This document shows, one piece after another, positions 19,541 to 28,955 of a stretch of 64,000 nucleotides of DNA (position 1 is the stretch's first letter; the number at the start of each line of letters is the position of its first letter). Origin of the DNA: a virus. Taxonomy: Duplodnaviria > Caudoviricetes. Below the pieces are notes generated by a model. It searched no databases, was not told where the DNA came from, and saw nothing but the letters and a program-made list of their open reading frames with translations. The stretch covers positions 6,521 through 70,520 of the IMG/VR virus record IMGVR_UViG_3300015370_001134; one strand, given 5' to 3'. Position numbers and translations under genes: made by a program.

Positions 19541-19783
19541 TCAGCTAACATTTTTGCCTCCCGGGATCACATGCAGATCCGGTTTCCAGTTACTTGCCAG
19601 GGTGATGTTGTTTGATCCGCAATCCTTACAGGGCAGGCCGGAGTTGGTGACCTGTTTGAACTGATGGCAGTCCGGGCAGTACATCCGGATAAGATAGCTG
19701 TGTCTTTTGATTTTCCGTTGTTGCGGTGCAAATATTCCGGTTACAAATCTATTCAAAATTACCTCCTTTCTTGACAATGGCAT
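19541..19783 (-). CDS. Zinc-ribbon hypothetical protein
   Basis: YCPDCH...PCKDCGSNNI. Confidence 0.55.
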   Translation of the reverse strand: MPLSRKEVILNRFVTGIFAPQQRKIKRHSYLIRMYCPDCHQFKQVTNSGLPCKDCGSNNITLASNWKPDLHVIPGGKNVS

Positions 19784-19827
19784 CCAGGATGGATACCATT
19801 GCCTTGTGTTATCCTTTTCAGGCCTGG

Positions 19828-20424
19828 TTAAGATGTTGCTGCATCTTCCAGGCCTTTTCTTATCTGGTCACAGAACTCAAGCGCCTGTTTTCCAGCCTCA
19901 TGATCCCGGATAGCTACCCCGGAGCAAATCAGACGATTCAGATTGACTGCCGCCATGACAAACGGGTCCGGCGTGAACTCTTCCTCGTTGGGTGCAAGCG
20001 CTTTTTCCTTGCCGCTTAATGTGAGCCGCCACAGCTTCATCTGGCTGGTTCTGCCGGTCCGCTTGACTCCGTACTGCTGGATATATCCTTGTGCCCGGAA
20101 AAAACGAAACCGCTTGTAAACATAATTGACCGTTGATTCAGCCAGCTTTGCAATATCATGCATGGTAAATGTCCCGGATACTTTCATGGCTTTCCAGATC
20201 TTGTCATTGATATCTGCGCCGGGCTTTTCAACAGCCTCACAGAACTTGTACATCCCGTGTTTAATCTGGCTGATATATCCCTGTCGCTTGAGCGTATCAA
20301 AAGCATAGGCTGTCTGATCAATGGACAAGTTCAATGCTATCCGGACGTCTTTTTTACGGATGATGCCGTTGGCTGCGGCATAGTTTCTGACCATCTGGGT
20401 TGCGTTCAATGTGGACTCCTTCAT
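19828..20424 (-). CDS. Tandem winged-helix early protein
   Basis: Two wHTH-like repeats (AFDTLKRQGYISQI; FRFFRAQGYIQQYG); follows MuB. Confidence 0.55.
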   Translation of the reverse strand: MKESTLNATQMVRNYAAANGIIRKKDVRIALNLSIDQTAYAFDTLKRQGYISQIKHGMYKFCEAVEKPGADINDKIWKAMKVSGTFTMHDIAKLAESTVNYVYKRFRFFRAQGYIQQYGVKRTGRTSQMKLWRLTLSGKEKALAPNEEEFTPDPFVMAAVNLNRLICSGVAIRDHEAGKQALEFCDQIRKGLEDAATS

Positions 20425-21137
20425 CTGGACTCCTTTGTCGGTGCCTTGCGCCGATCCGGCAGGGCTTCGACCATTTCCAGTTCAACCGCATCCATTTTGT
20501 TTGCCTTTGCCTGACGTTCCAGATCCTTCATCAAATGATAAAGCAGCCGGAAAGATCCCTGACATCTGCGGACCAGTTCTGCTGCAGCCTCTGCTTTGAC
20601 TTTCAGATCACAGGCTTTCATACCGAACATCACCACATCATCTGTGATCACCGGGCCGAATTCCACCACCTGGGTGACCCGGTCCCAGATCCTGCGGCGG
20701 GCAGTCAGGCTGCCGTACAGGCTGGGTTCGCCGATCATGGCAATGGGTGCGCCGCTTTCATCGTGGATATCCCGCAGGTGTTCCACCAGGGAGATGTTCA
20801 GCCGGTCCGCCTCATCCATGAATATCAGTTTCGGGCTGCGCTCCAGCTCTTCAATGATGGCCCGTTTTGCAAGCTCCACGCGGGTGGGTTTCATGCCGTT
20901 CAGCTCAACACAGATGGCGGCAAGCATGGCTCTGGGTGTCCAGTCCTGCATCACCCGGACATACACAACACTCTGGTGCTTTTCCACGGCCAACTTCCGG
21001 GATGCTTCGGTTTTGCCCATACCGGCAAAGCCCCAGACAACCATCAGGCCGGGCTGGCCTTTTTCCGTATCCAGCACAACTTTTACAGCCTCGCGAAAAA
21101 GCGCCACACGCCGGGTTTCAATAAAAATGTTTTTCAA
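20421..21137 (-). CDS. MuB-like AAA+ transposition ATPase
   Basis: Walker A GFAGMGKT, Walker B IFMDEAD; adjacent to the transposase. Confidence 0.9.
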   Translation of the reverse strand: MKNIFIETRRVALFREAVKVVLDTEKGQPGLMVVWGFAGMGKTEASRKLAVEKHQSVVYVRVMQDWTPRAMLAAICVELNGMKPTRVELAKRAIIEELERSPKLIFMDEADRLNISLVEHLRDIHDESGAPIAMIGEPSLYGSLTARRRIWDRVTQVVEFGPVITDDVVMFGMKACDLKVKAEAAAELVRRCQGSFRLLYHLMKDLERQAKANKMDAVELEMVEALPDRRKAPTKESR

Positions 21138-21149
21138 TGATCCTCCTTT

Positions 21150-23261
21150 TTAATTTATGTTATAAATTGCTTTTAAATCCTCAAACCGCTGCCGGTAATC
21201 CTTAAACACTGCAGCGGACTCAAATTCTTTCATAAACCGGCGGTCCTCAAGATCAGGCTGCAGGTTATGTTTATAGACAAGTTCAAAACACCATTCATAA
21301 TGTTCCAGATCTCCGGACCAGTATTTGGGCCGGGGGATGGCAGGTTCTTTCTGCTGTTCTTCTTTTGCGACCTGGGCAATGGCTTCCAGGCGCTTGATTT
21401 CTTTTGGGGTTGTTTCAGGCAGCTTTTTCATGGTGGATCCTGCCGGTGTATGTCTATTCATGATGGGGGCTTTCTGAGCAATCTGCGCAAACGGAAGGAT
21501 GTCCAGCGCATCCTGGCTTTCATGGCTGACGCCCAGATCTGCAAGGTTCTGCCGGGTCTGTTTTTTGAGTTTTGCCAGGCGTTTATTGTGGTCTTTGACC
21601 TGATCCACAGATACCTGGTCACCGAACAGGCTGGCCATGGGGTGCAGGGCCTGAACCGGATAAGCTTCCCCAAGATAATGGCCGGTGTCGGTATAACACC
21701 AGATCCTGCCAAGATCAGCAGTATTGTATTTTGCGATAATCTTATGATTTCGTGCCAGCCCATGCAGGCAGTCAGATTCGTAATCAATGTTCCAGAGCCG
21801 GACCCGGCAGTTGCGCGGTGACAATTCCTTGCGCCATAGAAAATCATTGTTCAGCTGTAATGGATCAATGCCGGGGCCTCGTCCGGCCAGAAATATCTGG
21901 GACGGTGGTGCAGGAAGATCCTCGTGCGGCTGTGATCCATACCATTTAAAATAAGCGCCGATAATGTGCGCAGCTTCCCGGATAGTGGGGAGCCATTCTT
22001 GCGTTCTGGCCTCGTGCCAGGCTTTGTGGAATTTTTCGTTTCTGTGCATCCAGGCAGGCTTTGTCTGGATGCTGTCACCGCAATACGACGGGATCATGAA
22101 CTCAAGCTGATTCTGTACGGTCAAGAAAAAGCGCTCAACCACCTTGGCCCGGCCATTGTATGGCTTTGCAAAAGTTACGGCCGTGCCCACCCTGCCATAC
22201 AGCCCGGTTAATTCTTCAAAATCCGGATCCGTCTCCATGAAGACTTTGGATTTAAACGCCTTGCCGTTATCAAGATACACACATGCCGGATATTTGCCCA
22301 GGGTCTCCACGGCGTTCCGGAATGCTGCCATAATGGCCATGGTGTTTTCTTCCAGCATGATCTGCCAGCCAGCCGGGTATCGGCTTGCCCAGTCAAAAAA
22401 CACAATCAGCTTCATGCGTGTGGGACGTCCGGTGTCTGGATGTGCGATGTTAAAGTTCAGGGTCTTGCCATCTGCTACCAGGCATTGCCCAACCTCAAGC
22501 AGGCTGGCGTCCCGTGTGCCGTACGGGCCGTAATTGTCGGTATAGGCTTTCATGCCATCCCTCGCCAGGCAGATCACATGGGAATTATTTTTCTTAAAAT
22601 CTTTAAGCCACCGGCGGAAGGTACTTTCCCCGGGCTGTTCGTCGGAACCGATTTTTTCAAGCGTCATCAGGGCGGCCCGGATGGACATGATCACAGTGGG
22701 CCTGGATGGGTGCAGATAACATTTCAGGAAGATGGCTTTTGCCTGTTCGGATAAATTGCGGTCTTTATATTTTGTGGTGCCGTGTTTCTTCCATCCGCCC
22801 CGGCCATCGCAGATTGACAGGTAATCATCGTTATGATCACGCAGTCTTTTGTCCAGGGCATCCAGGGTGCGTTCGGCAATCACGCCAAGCTGCTCAAATA
22901 CATCCGGCATCAGCACCCCGGCATTATATGCCAGCAGAAAATTTGCAGCAGCTTCTGCCTTGCCGCCCCAGGGGGCCTGTTCTTTTGCAATCCGGAATGC
23001 CTTTACAAGCTGGAACTTGGCCATGCCGATCTGCTTTGATTTTTCCGGAATCAGGGTGTCATACATCCTGACCGATCCGTGATACTGTACCAGGTTTTTC
23101 CTGACCGGGATCGGCAGCATGTCCATTATATATAGACGCTCACTGCCGCCTTGTTTGTGTTTTTTTACAATCGGCCAGCTCTCTGATACCGCCCGAAGCT
23201 GGACTGCTTTTGATCCAACGCCCAGGGCGCTGCAAATTTCTGATTCTGCGACAAGAGACAT
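21150..23261 (-). CDS. MuA-like DDE transposase
   Basis: N-terminal Mu HTH; LVADGK (D), YLDNGKAF (D), AKVVERFF (E); Mu-type C-terminal region. Confidence 0.92.
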   Translation of the reverse strand: MSLVAESEICSALGVGSKAVQLRAVSESWPIVKKHKQGGSERLYIMDMLPIPVRKNLVQYHGSVRMYDTLIPEKSKQIGMAKFQLVKAFRIAKEQAPWGGKAEAAANFLLAYNAGVLMPDVFEQLGVIAERTLDALDKRLRDHNDDYLSICDGRGGWKKHGTTKYKDRNLSEQAKAIFLKCYLHPSRPTVIMSIRAALMTLEKIGSDEQPGESTFRRWLKDFKKNNSHVICLARDGMKAYTDNYGPYGTRDASLLEVGQCLVADGKTLNFNIAHPDTGRPTRMKLIVFFDWASRYPAGWQIMLEENTMAIMAAFRNAVETLGKYPACVYLDNGKAFKSKVFMETDPDFEELTGLYGRVGTAVTFAKPYNGRAKVVERFFLTVQNQLEFMIPSYCGDSIQTKPAWMHRNEKFHKAWHEARTQEWLPTIREAAHIIGAYFKWYGSQPHEDLPAPPSQIFLAGRGPGIDPLQLNNDFLWRKELSPRNCRVRLWNIDYESDCLHGLARNHKIIAKYNTADLGRIWCYTDTGHYLGEAYPVQALHPMASLFGDQVSVDQVKDHNKRLAKLKKQTRQNLADLGVSHESQDALDILPFAQIAQKAPIMNRHTPAGSTMKKLPETTPKEIKRLEAIAQVAKEEQQKEPAIPRPKYWSGDLEHYEWCFELVYKHNLQPDLEDRRFMKEFESAAVFKDYRQRFEDLKAIYNIN

Positions 23262-23263
23262 GA

Positions 23264-24100
23264 TTAATTATCCATTTTGATGACTTCAATCATTTTTTCA
23301 AGATACTGGACCATTACTTTTGGTGATGATGTGGCATAATTGGTGTTGCGCTCTGCAGAGATGACATCCAGCATCACCTGGTACTGTTTTTTGAATATCT
23401 GGCTGACCAGGGTGGTTTTATCTACGGCCTGCTGGGTGTTTGCCACCTTTCTGACAATAGCTTCGCCTTTGACTTCCTTTGCGGCTTTATTGACCAGCCC
23501 GGCAGTGAGCTTTTTGCCATCATTGAGCCATTGCAGGACAAGGCCCCATGCTTTGACCTGGTCATCCGGAGCCAATTTTGTCAAAGGCCGGGTCTGGGCT
23601 TCGTTTATTGGCAGGACAATCTCCTGCCGGGCAGGGTCTTCCGGCTGGGTGTGTTTTTCGCACAAACCTTCTGGGCGGGTGCATTTGCCGAATTCACCCG
23701 GGATCTTTACGCCTTTGTCTTTGTTTGCAAGAGCCTTGCGGTGCGGGCAGTCCGTGCATTTTTCTTCACCTTGGTCGGTATCTTCAGATTTGTTTTTGGT
23801 TGCAATTGCAACCATTTTTGATTCCAGAAGGGTGACAGCTTCATACCCGCATATCTGTTGAGTTGCATACCCCTTACTCAAATCCCATATTTCTTTACAA
23901 TATTTTTCAAAGGTCTTGTGGGTTTCACGATAAAGCCGGTTATCCCGAATCTCAGCCAAAGAGCATCCAACATCAAGAAAGGTTCCAAGCCCCTTCTTGA
24001 TCACCTGTTCACACACATCAAACCGTTCCCGCTCCGTATCAGTCAACGTGGTGCTGATATCCTTGCCTTCCTGAATCATTTGTACCAGTGTTTCAGCCAT
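23264..24100 (-). CDS. Phage early hypothetical protein (DUF3102-like N-terminus)
   Basis: LAEIRDNRLYRETHKTFEKYCKEIW motif. Confidence 0.6.
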   Translation of the reverse strand: MAETLVQMIQEGKDISTTLTDTERERFDVCEQVIKKGLGTFLDVGCSLAEIRDNRLYRETHKTFEKYCKEIWDLSKGYATQQICGYEAVTLLESKMVAIATKNKSEDTDQGEEKCTDCPHRKALANKDKGVKIPGEFGKCTRPEGLCEKHTQPEDPARQEIVLPINEAQTRPLTKLAPDDQVKAWGLVLQWLNDGKKLTAGLVNKAAKEVKGEAIVRKVANTQQAVDKTTLVSQIFKKQYQVMLDVISAERNTNYATSSPKVMVQYLEKMIEVIKMDN

Positions 24101-24444
24101 TTTTTATCCCTTTATTTTTGATGTTTTTTTTGATAATTACAAAACCAATGGACCAGAATAAACATTCATACAGTGACATCCTTTTACATTTTGCTGCCAA
24201 AGCGAGTGCTGAGCTTTTCGCTGTTGTGATTATTATCCTTGGAGATTTGTTTTTCACGTATAAGACCCTTCCTCATGTCCAATTTTTTAAAAATGATCTC
24301 TGGTATTTCTATCTAATTTTTGCTCTGATTCAGATAATGATTTTTGCTCTGTGTTTGAGGATTCTTTTTGACAATTCCGTTTCCAAGCTAAAAAATCAAA
24401 TAGACTGCTTGATACAATCCGAAGAGCAACACCTGCAGAAATAA
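24088..24444 (+). CDS. Putative two-TM membrane protein antisense to the early operon
   Basis: Two hydrophobic segments; AT-rich; overlaps the 61-aa minus-strand ORF. Confidence 0.4.
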   Translation: MFQPFFIPLFLMFFLIITKPMDQNKHSYSDILLHFAAKASAELFAVVIIILGDLFFTYKTLPHVQFFKNDLWYFYLIFALIQIMIFALCLRILFDNSVSKLKNQIDCLIQSEEQHLQK

Positions 24445-24472
24445 TGATCATTGAATAATCATAACCATCCAT
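24287..24472 (-). CDS. Small hypothetical protein (61 aa, one hydrophobic segment)
   Basis: AGGAGG RBS 5 nt before ATG. Confidence 0.5.
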   Translation of the reverse strand: MDGYDYSMIIISAGVALRIVSSSLFDFLAWKRNCQKESSNTEQKSLSESEQKLDRNTRDHF

Positions 24473-24480
24473 TTTGCCTC

Positions 24481-24681
24481 CTATGCGACCACTTTGCCGT
24501 TGTTAAAAAGTTTTTCAGGACATCCTTCGCCGATAAAATATTCAGTAAGGGGCTTTGATGTTGCTTTGCCTTTAAGGTATCTATCCAGAAACTGGGCAGA
24601 CACCCCGTATCCTTTTATAATAGCGCCTGGCTTGATCCCTTTGCGGACCATCCAGACCCTAACCTCTACACATGCCATCAT
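24481..24681 (-). CDS. Ner/Cro-like small DNA-binding protein
   Basis: 66 aa HTH-like (IIKGYGVSAQFLDRYLKG); near the start of the early operon. Confidence 0.55.
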   Translation of the reverse strand: MMACVEVRVWMVRKGIKPGAIIKGYGVSAQFLDRYLKGKATSKPLTEYFIGEGCPEKLFNNGKVVA

Positions 24682-25151
24682 CTGCCTCCTCTCATCAACT
24701 GCAGCTGTTTCAACCTATCGCGGCTTTCTCTTAATTTGGCATCATTTTCGCGCTTGTCTTCAATTGCTTTGCCAATTTCATAAAGGGCCATTTCCTTGTC
24801 ATCCAGGATATTAATTCCAGATCCAAGGAGCGCGGCTTTCACAATTCCAGTGTCATTTAATATATGGGTTAATGCCGCTGTATATTCCAATGGCAACCGC
24901 CAGCCGTTTTTTGATTCTGCCGTCCAGTTGGCGATATGGCTCACTGATATTTTTTCTCCAACCAACCTGGACATCTCATCTGCCACTTCCTCTCTGGATA
25001 GCATGCTGCGCTTAAGCGCCCGACACAAAGCCTCCTGCACAGCTTCCTTCCTTCTGAAACTGCCAGCAGAACAATTAAAAGACTTAATTTCTGCCAGTGG
25101 AAGGTTCGCTTGTACCCATCTCTGGTCATAAGATGTGTGAATTTTTGTCAT
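24678..25151 (-). CDS. Phage regulatory protein (CII-like HTH)
   Basis: LSREEVADEMSRLVGEKISVSHIANWTAESK; first early gene, divergent from the repressor. Confidence 0.6.
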   Translation of the reverse strand: MTKIHTSYDQRWVQANLPLAEIKSFNCSAGSFRRKEAVQEALCRALKRSMLSREEVADEMSRLVGEKISVSHIANWTAESKNGWRLPLEYTAALTHILNDTGIVKAALLGSGINILDDKEMALYEIGKAIEDKRENDAKLRESRDRLKQLQLMRGGR

Positions 25152-25220
25152 TGCAAAACGTCCCTTAAAAAAGTAATGTAATTTTTTATCAGGTTAAAAC
25201 TTAAACCTGTTAACTGTTTA

Positions 25221-25237
25221 CATCATAAAAAATGATG
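25221..25237. promoter_or_regulatory. Candidate repressor operator CATCAT-N5-ATGATG
   Basis: Perfect inverted repeat in the 111-bp divergent early/repressor intergenic region. Confidence 0.4.
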
Positions 25238-25262
25238 CAGTCAAGGGAAAACTTTAGAAAAA

Positions 25263-25784
25263 GTGAATAATTTTGAAAATACTTTAGAAAGAATGAAGTT
25301 AATTCTTAATGTAAAAACCGATGCTGAAGTTGCAGAAGCCATTGGTATGAAGCCTAGTGCACTTGCAAATAGAAAAAAAACAGGTTCAATCCCATTTGAT
25401 ATTTATTTAAAGACAATAAAATCATTAAATGTGAATTTAAACTGGTTGATTGATGGTGACGGCCCTATTTATAATGATGTTTCAAAATCACAAATAGAGA
25501 ATAATTCATTGTCTAAAAACGAGCCGTCGCGTGATACTGGCAATTCAAATATCACAAAGGTTATAATAGAGCATCAGGGCATCATAAAACGGTTCAAAGA
25601 TCCTGAAAAAGGTCTGGAAAATAATGAACATTTACTTGGTATTGAGGATGCCAGCCATGAGCTATATAAAAAGGTAAGTGACTACCTTAAAGCAACCCAT
25701 GATGCAGCTAAAATAATGCAGGAGGAAATATCAAAAAAAACTTCAAAATCAGCCAAAAACGGTACTGAGGATGGCAACGCATAG
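25263..25784 (+). CDS. Prophage repressor (CI-type HTH)
   Basis: DAEVAEAIGMKPSALANRKKTGSIPF...NLNWLIDGDGP; divergent from the early operon. Confidence 0.82.
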   Translation: MNNFENTLERMKLILNVKTDAEVAEAIGMKPSALANRKKTGSIPFDIYLKTIKSLNVNLNWLIDGDGPIYNDVSKSQIENNSLSKNEPSRDTGNSNITKVIIEHQGIIKRFKDPEKGLENNEHLLGIEDASHELYKKVSDYLKATHDAAKIMQEEISKKTSKSAKNGTEDGNA

Positions 25785-26109
25785 GCAGCTGATTGATGCT
25801 TCCGGACGTCCTCCGGATGCGTTTGTCGCAATTGACAAAACCGGGCACATCACCTACCGGCACAAACCAACAGCGAAGATGCACAAAAATATTTTTGATT
25901 ACATGGCCTCTGACTGCGCCCGCAAAATTTTTACCCAGGCCCTGGAAAAAGCACTGACAAAAATTCCACACAGTCAGGAAATACATTTCAGCCACGACGG
26001 CCAGAGACATCACTGCCTTTGCCAGATATACGCCATATACGATCATTTCCTCATCGGCGTCTATCGCCTGCCGGATAATGTTGTATTATTCAAAGGGAGA
26101 ATAGCATGA
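25771..26109 (+). CDS. Hypothetical protein (possibly PAS-like fold)
   Basis: RBS GAGG; coupled to the repressor; AFVAIDKTGHITY motif. Confidence 0.45.
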   Translation: MATHRQLIDASGRPPDAFVAIDKTGHITYRHKPTAKMHKNIFDYMASDCARKIFTQALEKALTKIPHSQEIHFSHDGQRHHCLCQIYAIYDHFLIGVYRLPDNVVLFKGRIA

Positions 26110-26152
26110 TGGCAATAAAGAATAATAATATACACCATAAAAAGGATGAGTT

Positions 26153-26710
26153 ATGAAAAAAACAGTGTTTTTTATCACATTAATTTTTGCTGCACTATTT
26201 GTACTGTTGGCTTCTATAACGCCTACAACTGCGGAAAGCGGAAAAGATAAAGAAGCTCTTGAACAGGCAAAAAAATTTGTTATTGGGAACAATTTAGGTT
26301 TAATCGCAATGGACTACGCCCATATTTCATCAAAGGATGATGAAGAAATTGGTTTTGATAACTACGAAGTGTACAAAAAAAATGGTAAAATCAGTAAAGT
26401 TACCAGAGTTTGGTTGTGGAATTCTTCAGATAAGGTCATAAATGTCAACCCTTTGATGTTTAAAGTTGTTACTGAAAATGGATACACTATTCCGGTGAGT
26501 TCATATACTTTTCAAACTAAAAACCATTTCCCTGCAACCAGTTTAGAGCCGGACACTAAAATTGATGGATTCATTGTCTTTGAGCTGAACATGAAAGATT
26601 GTATTAAAAAAATAATTTATGATGATGGTTTGGGGACAAGAGTCGAAAGGGAATATAAGGATGCATTAATCCTCGGATTTTATGAAAGGGAATTTAAGAA
26701 GCTACCATAA
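26153..26710 (+). CDS. Exported DUF4352-like protein (moron)
   Basis: Signal peptide; VNPLMFKVVTENG, LEPDTKIDGFIVFE motif. Confidence 0.6.
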   Translation: MKKTVFFITLIFAALFVLLASITPTTAESGKDKEALEQAKKFVIGNNLGLIAMDYAHISSKDDEEIGFDNYEVYKKNGKISKVTRVWLWNSSDKVINVNPLMFKVVTENGYTIPVSSYTFQTKNHFPATSLEPDTKIDGFIVFELNMKDCIKKIIYDDGLGTRVEREYKDALILGFYEREFKKLP

Positions 26711-26779
26711 AAATAATAATAAAAATCATGCCCAGTACATAGTGGCATTACTTTATAATATTGATTTTAACCATATAAT

Positions 26780-27760
26780 ATGGAGACTGTTTTGATCACA
26801 ATAAGAACATGGGATGAACTTCTGGATGCGGGTGTTAAAACATTAACGGATGAACTTTCACAAGAAGATATCATTATCGGAAAAAATCTGACTTTAAAAA
26901 TACGGATCAAAGGAGACTCCTGGGATGGAAGTATTGACTATAGAGGAGCCCAATTTGTAATAGACCTTCAGAATACTGTGATTGATATTTATAAAGAAGT
27001 GATAGAAACAAATATCCCCTTGCATGACCTTAAAAAATTAATTACTGTCAAGGTGAAAGTTGAAGAAGGTTCGCAATTTTTTACCATAAATATAGATGAA
27101 GCATTAAAAAAAATCATGGAAAAAGTTACTGGCAAGCAAATAACTTTAATGGTGTGTTTGGGTATAGCCTGTGCAACAGGCTCTTATAACTATACAAAGA
27201 CTTTAGAATTAAGACATAAAGAGGTTGTCGCAGCCGAAGAAAAAAACCTTTCAAAAGAATACATCCAAAGCATTTCCTCTATATATGACAGAACTCTGGA
27301 TATGATTGATCGCAAAGATATTGAAGCCCCTATACGGAAATTAGTAAATAAATTAGATGAAGAAGATAAAATTCAGCTTCCTGGGGCAGATATGATGAAG
27401 GCTGAAGCTGTGAAAAAGATGTATCCAAGAAGGCCAAAATTTCAGCAAGAAAACGGAATATTTGACTCATCTTACACAATAGCTGCCATAAATATGGAAA
27501 AAACGCCAATCGAATTTAAATTAAAAAAAGATGATAAAGAGTTTTGGGCTGACGCAGAATTATCCCCGACAGATATTGAATATATTTCTAAAAGTCTTGA
27601 AACCGCAATGAAAAAGAAAGAAGATCTAAAAATGGATCTGCATGTGTTTATCATATATGATAAACACAAAATAAAATCGGCTTCTATCCAGGCCACTGGA
27701 TCACCCAGACAAGACTCGCAAAAGTTCATTGAGTTGATAGCCTACTGGCAAAAATTTTAA
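26780..27760 (+). CDS. AT-rich hypothetical protein (moron), 326 aa
   Basis: Long ORF, low GC, last gene before the prophage end. Confidence 0.7.
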   Translation: METVLITIRTWDELLDAGVKTLTDELSQEDIIIGKNLTLKIRIKGDSWDGSIDYRGAQFVIDLQNTVIDIYKEVIETNIPLHDLKKLITVKVKVEEGSQFFTINIDEALKKIMEKVTGKQITLMVCLGIACATGSYNYTKTLELRHKEVVAAEEKNLSKEYIQSISSIYDRTLDMIDRKDIEAPIRKLVNKLDEEDKIQLPGADMMKAEAVKKMYPRRPKFQQENGIFDSSYTIAAINMEKTPIEFKLKKDDKEFWADAELSPTDIEYISKSLETAMKKKEDLKMDLHVFIIYDKHKIKSASIQATGSPRQDSQKFIELIAYWQKF

Positions 27761-28041
27761 CAAATATATTTCCAACTTCATTTTTTTAACAGGCTGTGTC
27801 TTTTTAGAAAAGCCACGTTAAACGGGCCTTTAGTAATATCAGGTAAATAATACTGTCAGAAGATGAACTTGGAAACTATATTTGAATTAACATACTGATA
27901 TTAAAAAGAGTTCAAAATGTAAAAATGCAATATTAAGTGAAATTTTGATTTAAATATATAAATTTTCGCAGGATTAAAAAAATGCATAAAAAAAGCGCCA
28001 TGAAAGAAAATAAAATCCTTAAGACGCCCACCAGTATTAAA

Positions 28042-28073
28042 AAAGTATCACTAAAGTCTCATAAAAGTCTCAC
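28042..28073. repeat. Three tandem 11-bp repeats (AAAGTATCACT/AAAGTCTCATA/AAAGTCTCAC): candidate transposase-binding sites
   Basis: Direct repeats starting at 28042, 28053 and 28064, about 45 bp inside the ACA at 28116-28118. Confidence 0.55.
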
Positions 28074-28112
28074 TGAATCCCTCAACCACAATATTCTGAC
28101 ATAGTCTGCCCC

Positions 28113-28955
28113 CTAACAATTATTTCTAAACAAAACACACCACTTGGCAACTGATGATAACTCTGATTCAGAACGAGACATTTTTCTTATATTCCGAGCA
28201 TGTTCTTTCATTTTTCCCATAGCTGCTGGATTGCCACCGTTTGAGCATCGTGATTTGCTTTTCAAAAACAAATCAATTTCCTGGCTAACCTTTTGCCAAA
28301 TTTTTTTCCGTTCTTCAGTTAACGCTTCATGTTCATTTAGCTTAAGTCTCTTTATAGATACTTCCACTCGTTGTTTATCCCATTCTGATATTTCATTATC
28401 AGGGACAATTATTGCATTGCCTTCCTCATTAAATGCAATCAGGGCTACATCATTTAGATCGGTTGGGTCCAATAAATAACATTCTTCAGATTCTTCACAC
28501 TGAAGATCGTAAGTAGAGCAATATGAAGTATCTTTAAGTGGAAACCATCCTCCCTTTTTTCTATTACCTACATTTCCACAAAGCCTAAAATTGCTATAAT
28601 CAAAGGCGAGCCACCAATAACCATCACGTTTAAAACCATTAATATCTATAGCCTCTTTTTTAGGACGAAAATGCTCCACATCATAATATGAATACAGTTC
28701 TCTTACTTCTGAAAACCAACATTTTCCCTTAGAGAGAGCCTGCAGCCAAGGCTTGAGTTTTCCCCAATGTGCACTTTTTGAATCAATAAAATCATTTCTT
28801 TCTTTTATATCACCCACTTCACTCAATTTTTCAAGTTCAGCAAGCAATTCAGCCGATTTTGCAAGCCATGCATTCCATTTTTCCTGAGACCAGGGTTTCC
28901 AGTTCGGAAGGTTATTATCAACCGGTGTTTTGCCTTCAAAATCAATATAAATCAC
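28113..28955 (-). CDS. HNH endonuclease, PtuB/retron-Ec78-HNH-like; C-terminus possibly clipped by the prophage
   Basis: GKCWFSE, DVEHFRPK, YWWLAFDYSNFRLCGNVGNRKK, YLLDP motifs; ATGA-coupled to the ATPase. Confidence 0.75.
   Translation of the reverse strand: MIYIDFEGKTPVDNNLPNWKPWSQEKWNAWLAKSAELLAELEKLSEVGDIKERNDFIDSKSAHWGKLKPWLQALSKGKCWFSEVRELYSYYDVEHFRPKKEAIDINGFKRDGYWWLAFDYSNFRLCGNVGNRKKGGWFPLKDTSYCSTYDLQCEESEECYLLDPTDLNDVALIAFNEEGNAIIVPDNEISEWDKQRVEVSIKRLKLNEHEALTEERKKIWQKVSQEIDLFLKSKSRCSNGGNPAAMGKMKEHARNIRKMSRSESELSSVAKWCVLFRNNC

Larger units (their letters stand above)
1..28118 (-). mobile_element. Mu-like transposable prophage, siphovirus-type tail (partial; other end beyond window left edge)
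   Basis: MuA DDE transposase + MuB ATPase, Mu-type gp28/gp29/gpF/gpI/gpT/gp36 head genes, mor, gemA and repressor in Mu gene order; tandem 11-bp repeats and a TGT/ACA terminus near 28042-28118; no sheath gene seen. Confidence 0.92.

Noticed and set aside
20421-23261. Tn7-like TnsB/TnsC (or CAST) transposon
   Set aside because: The genes are embedded in a full Mu-type phage gene order; no TnsA, TniQ or Cas genes are present.
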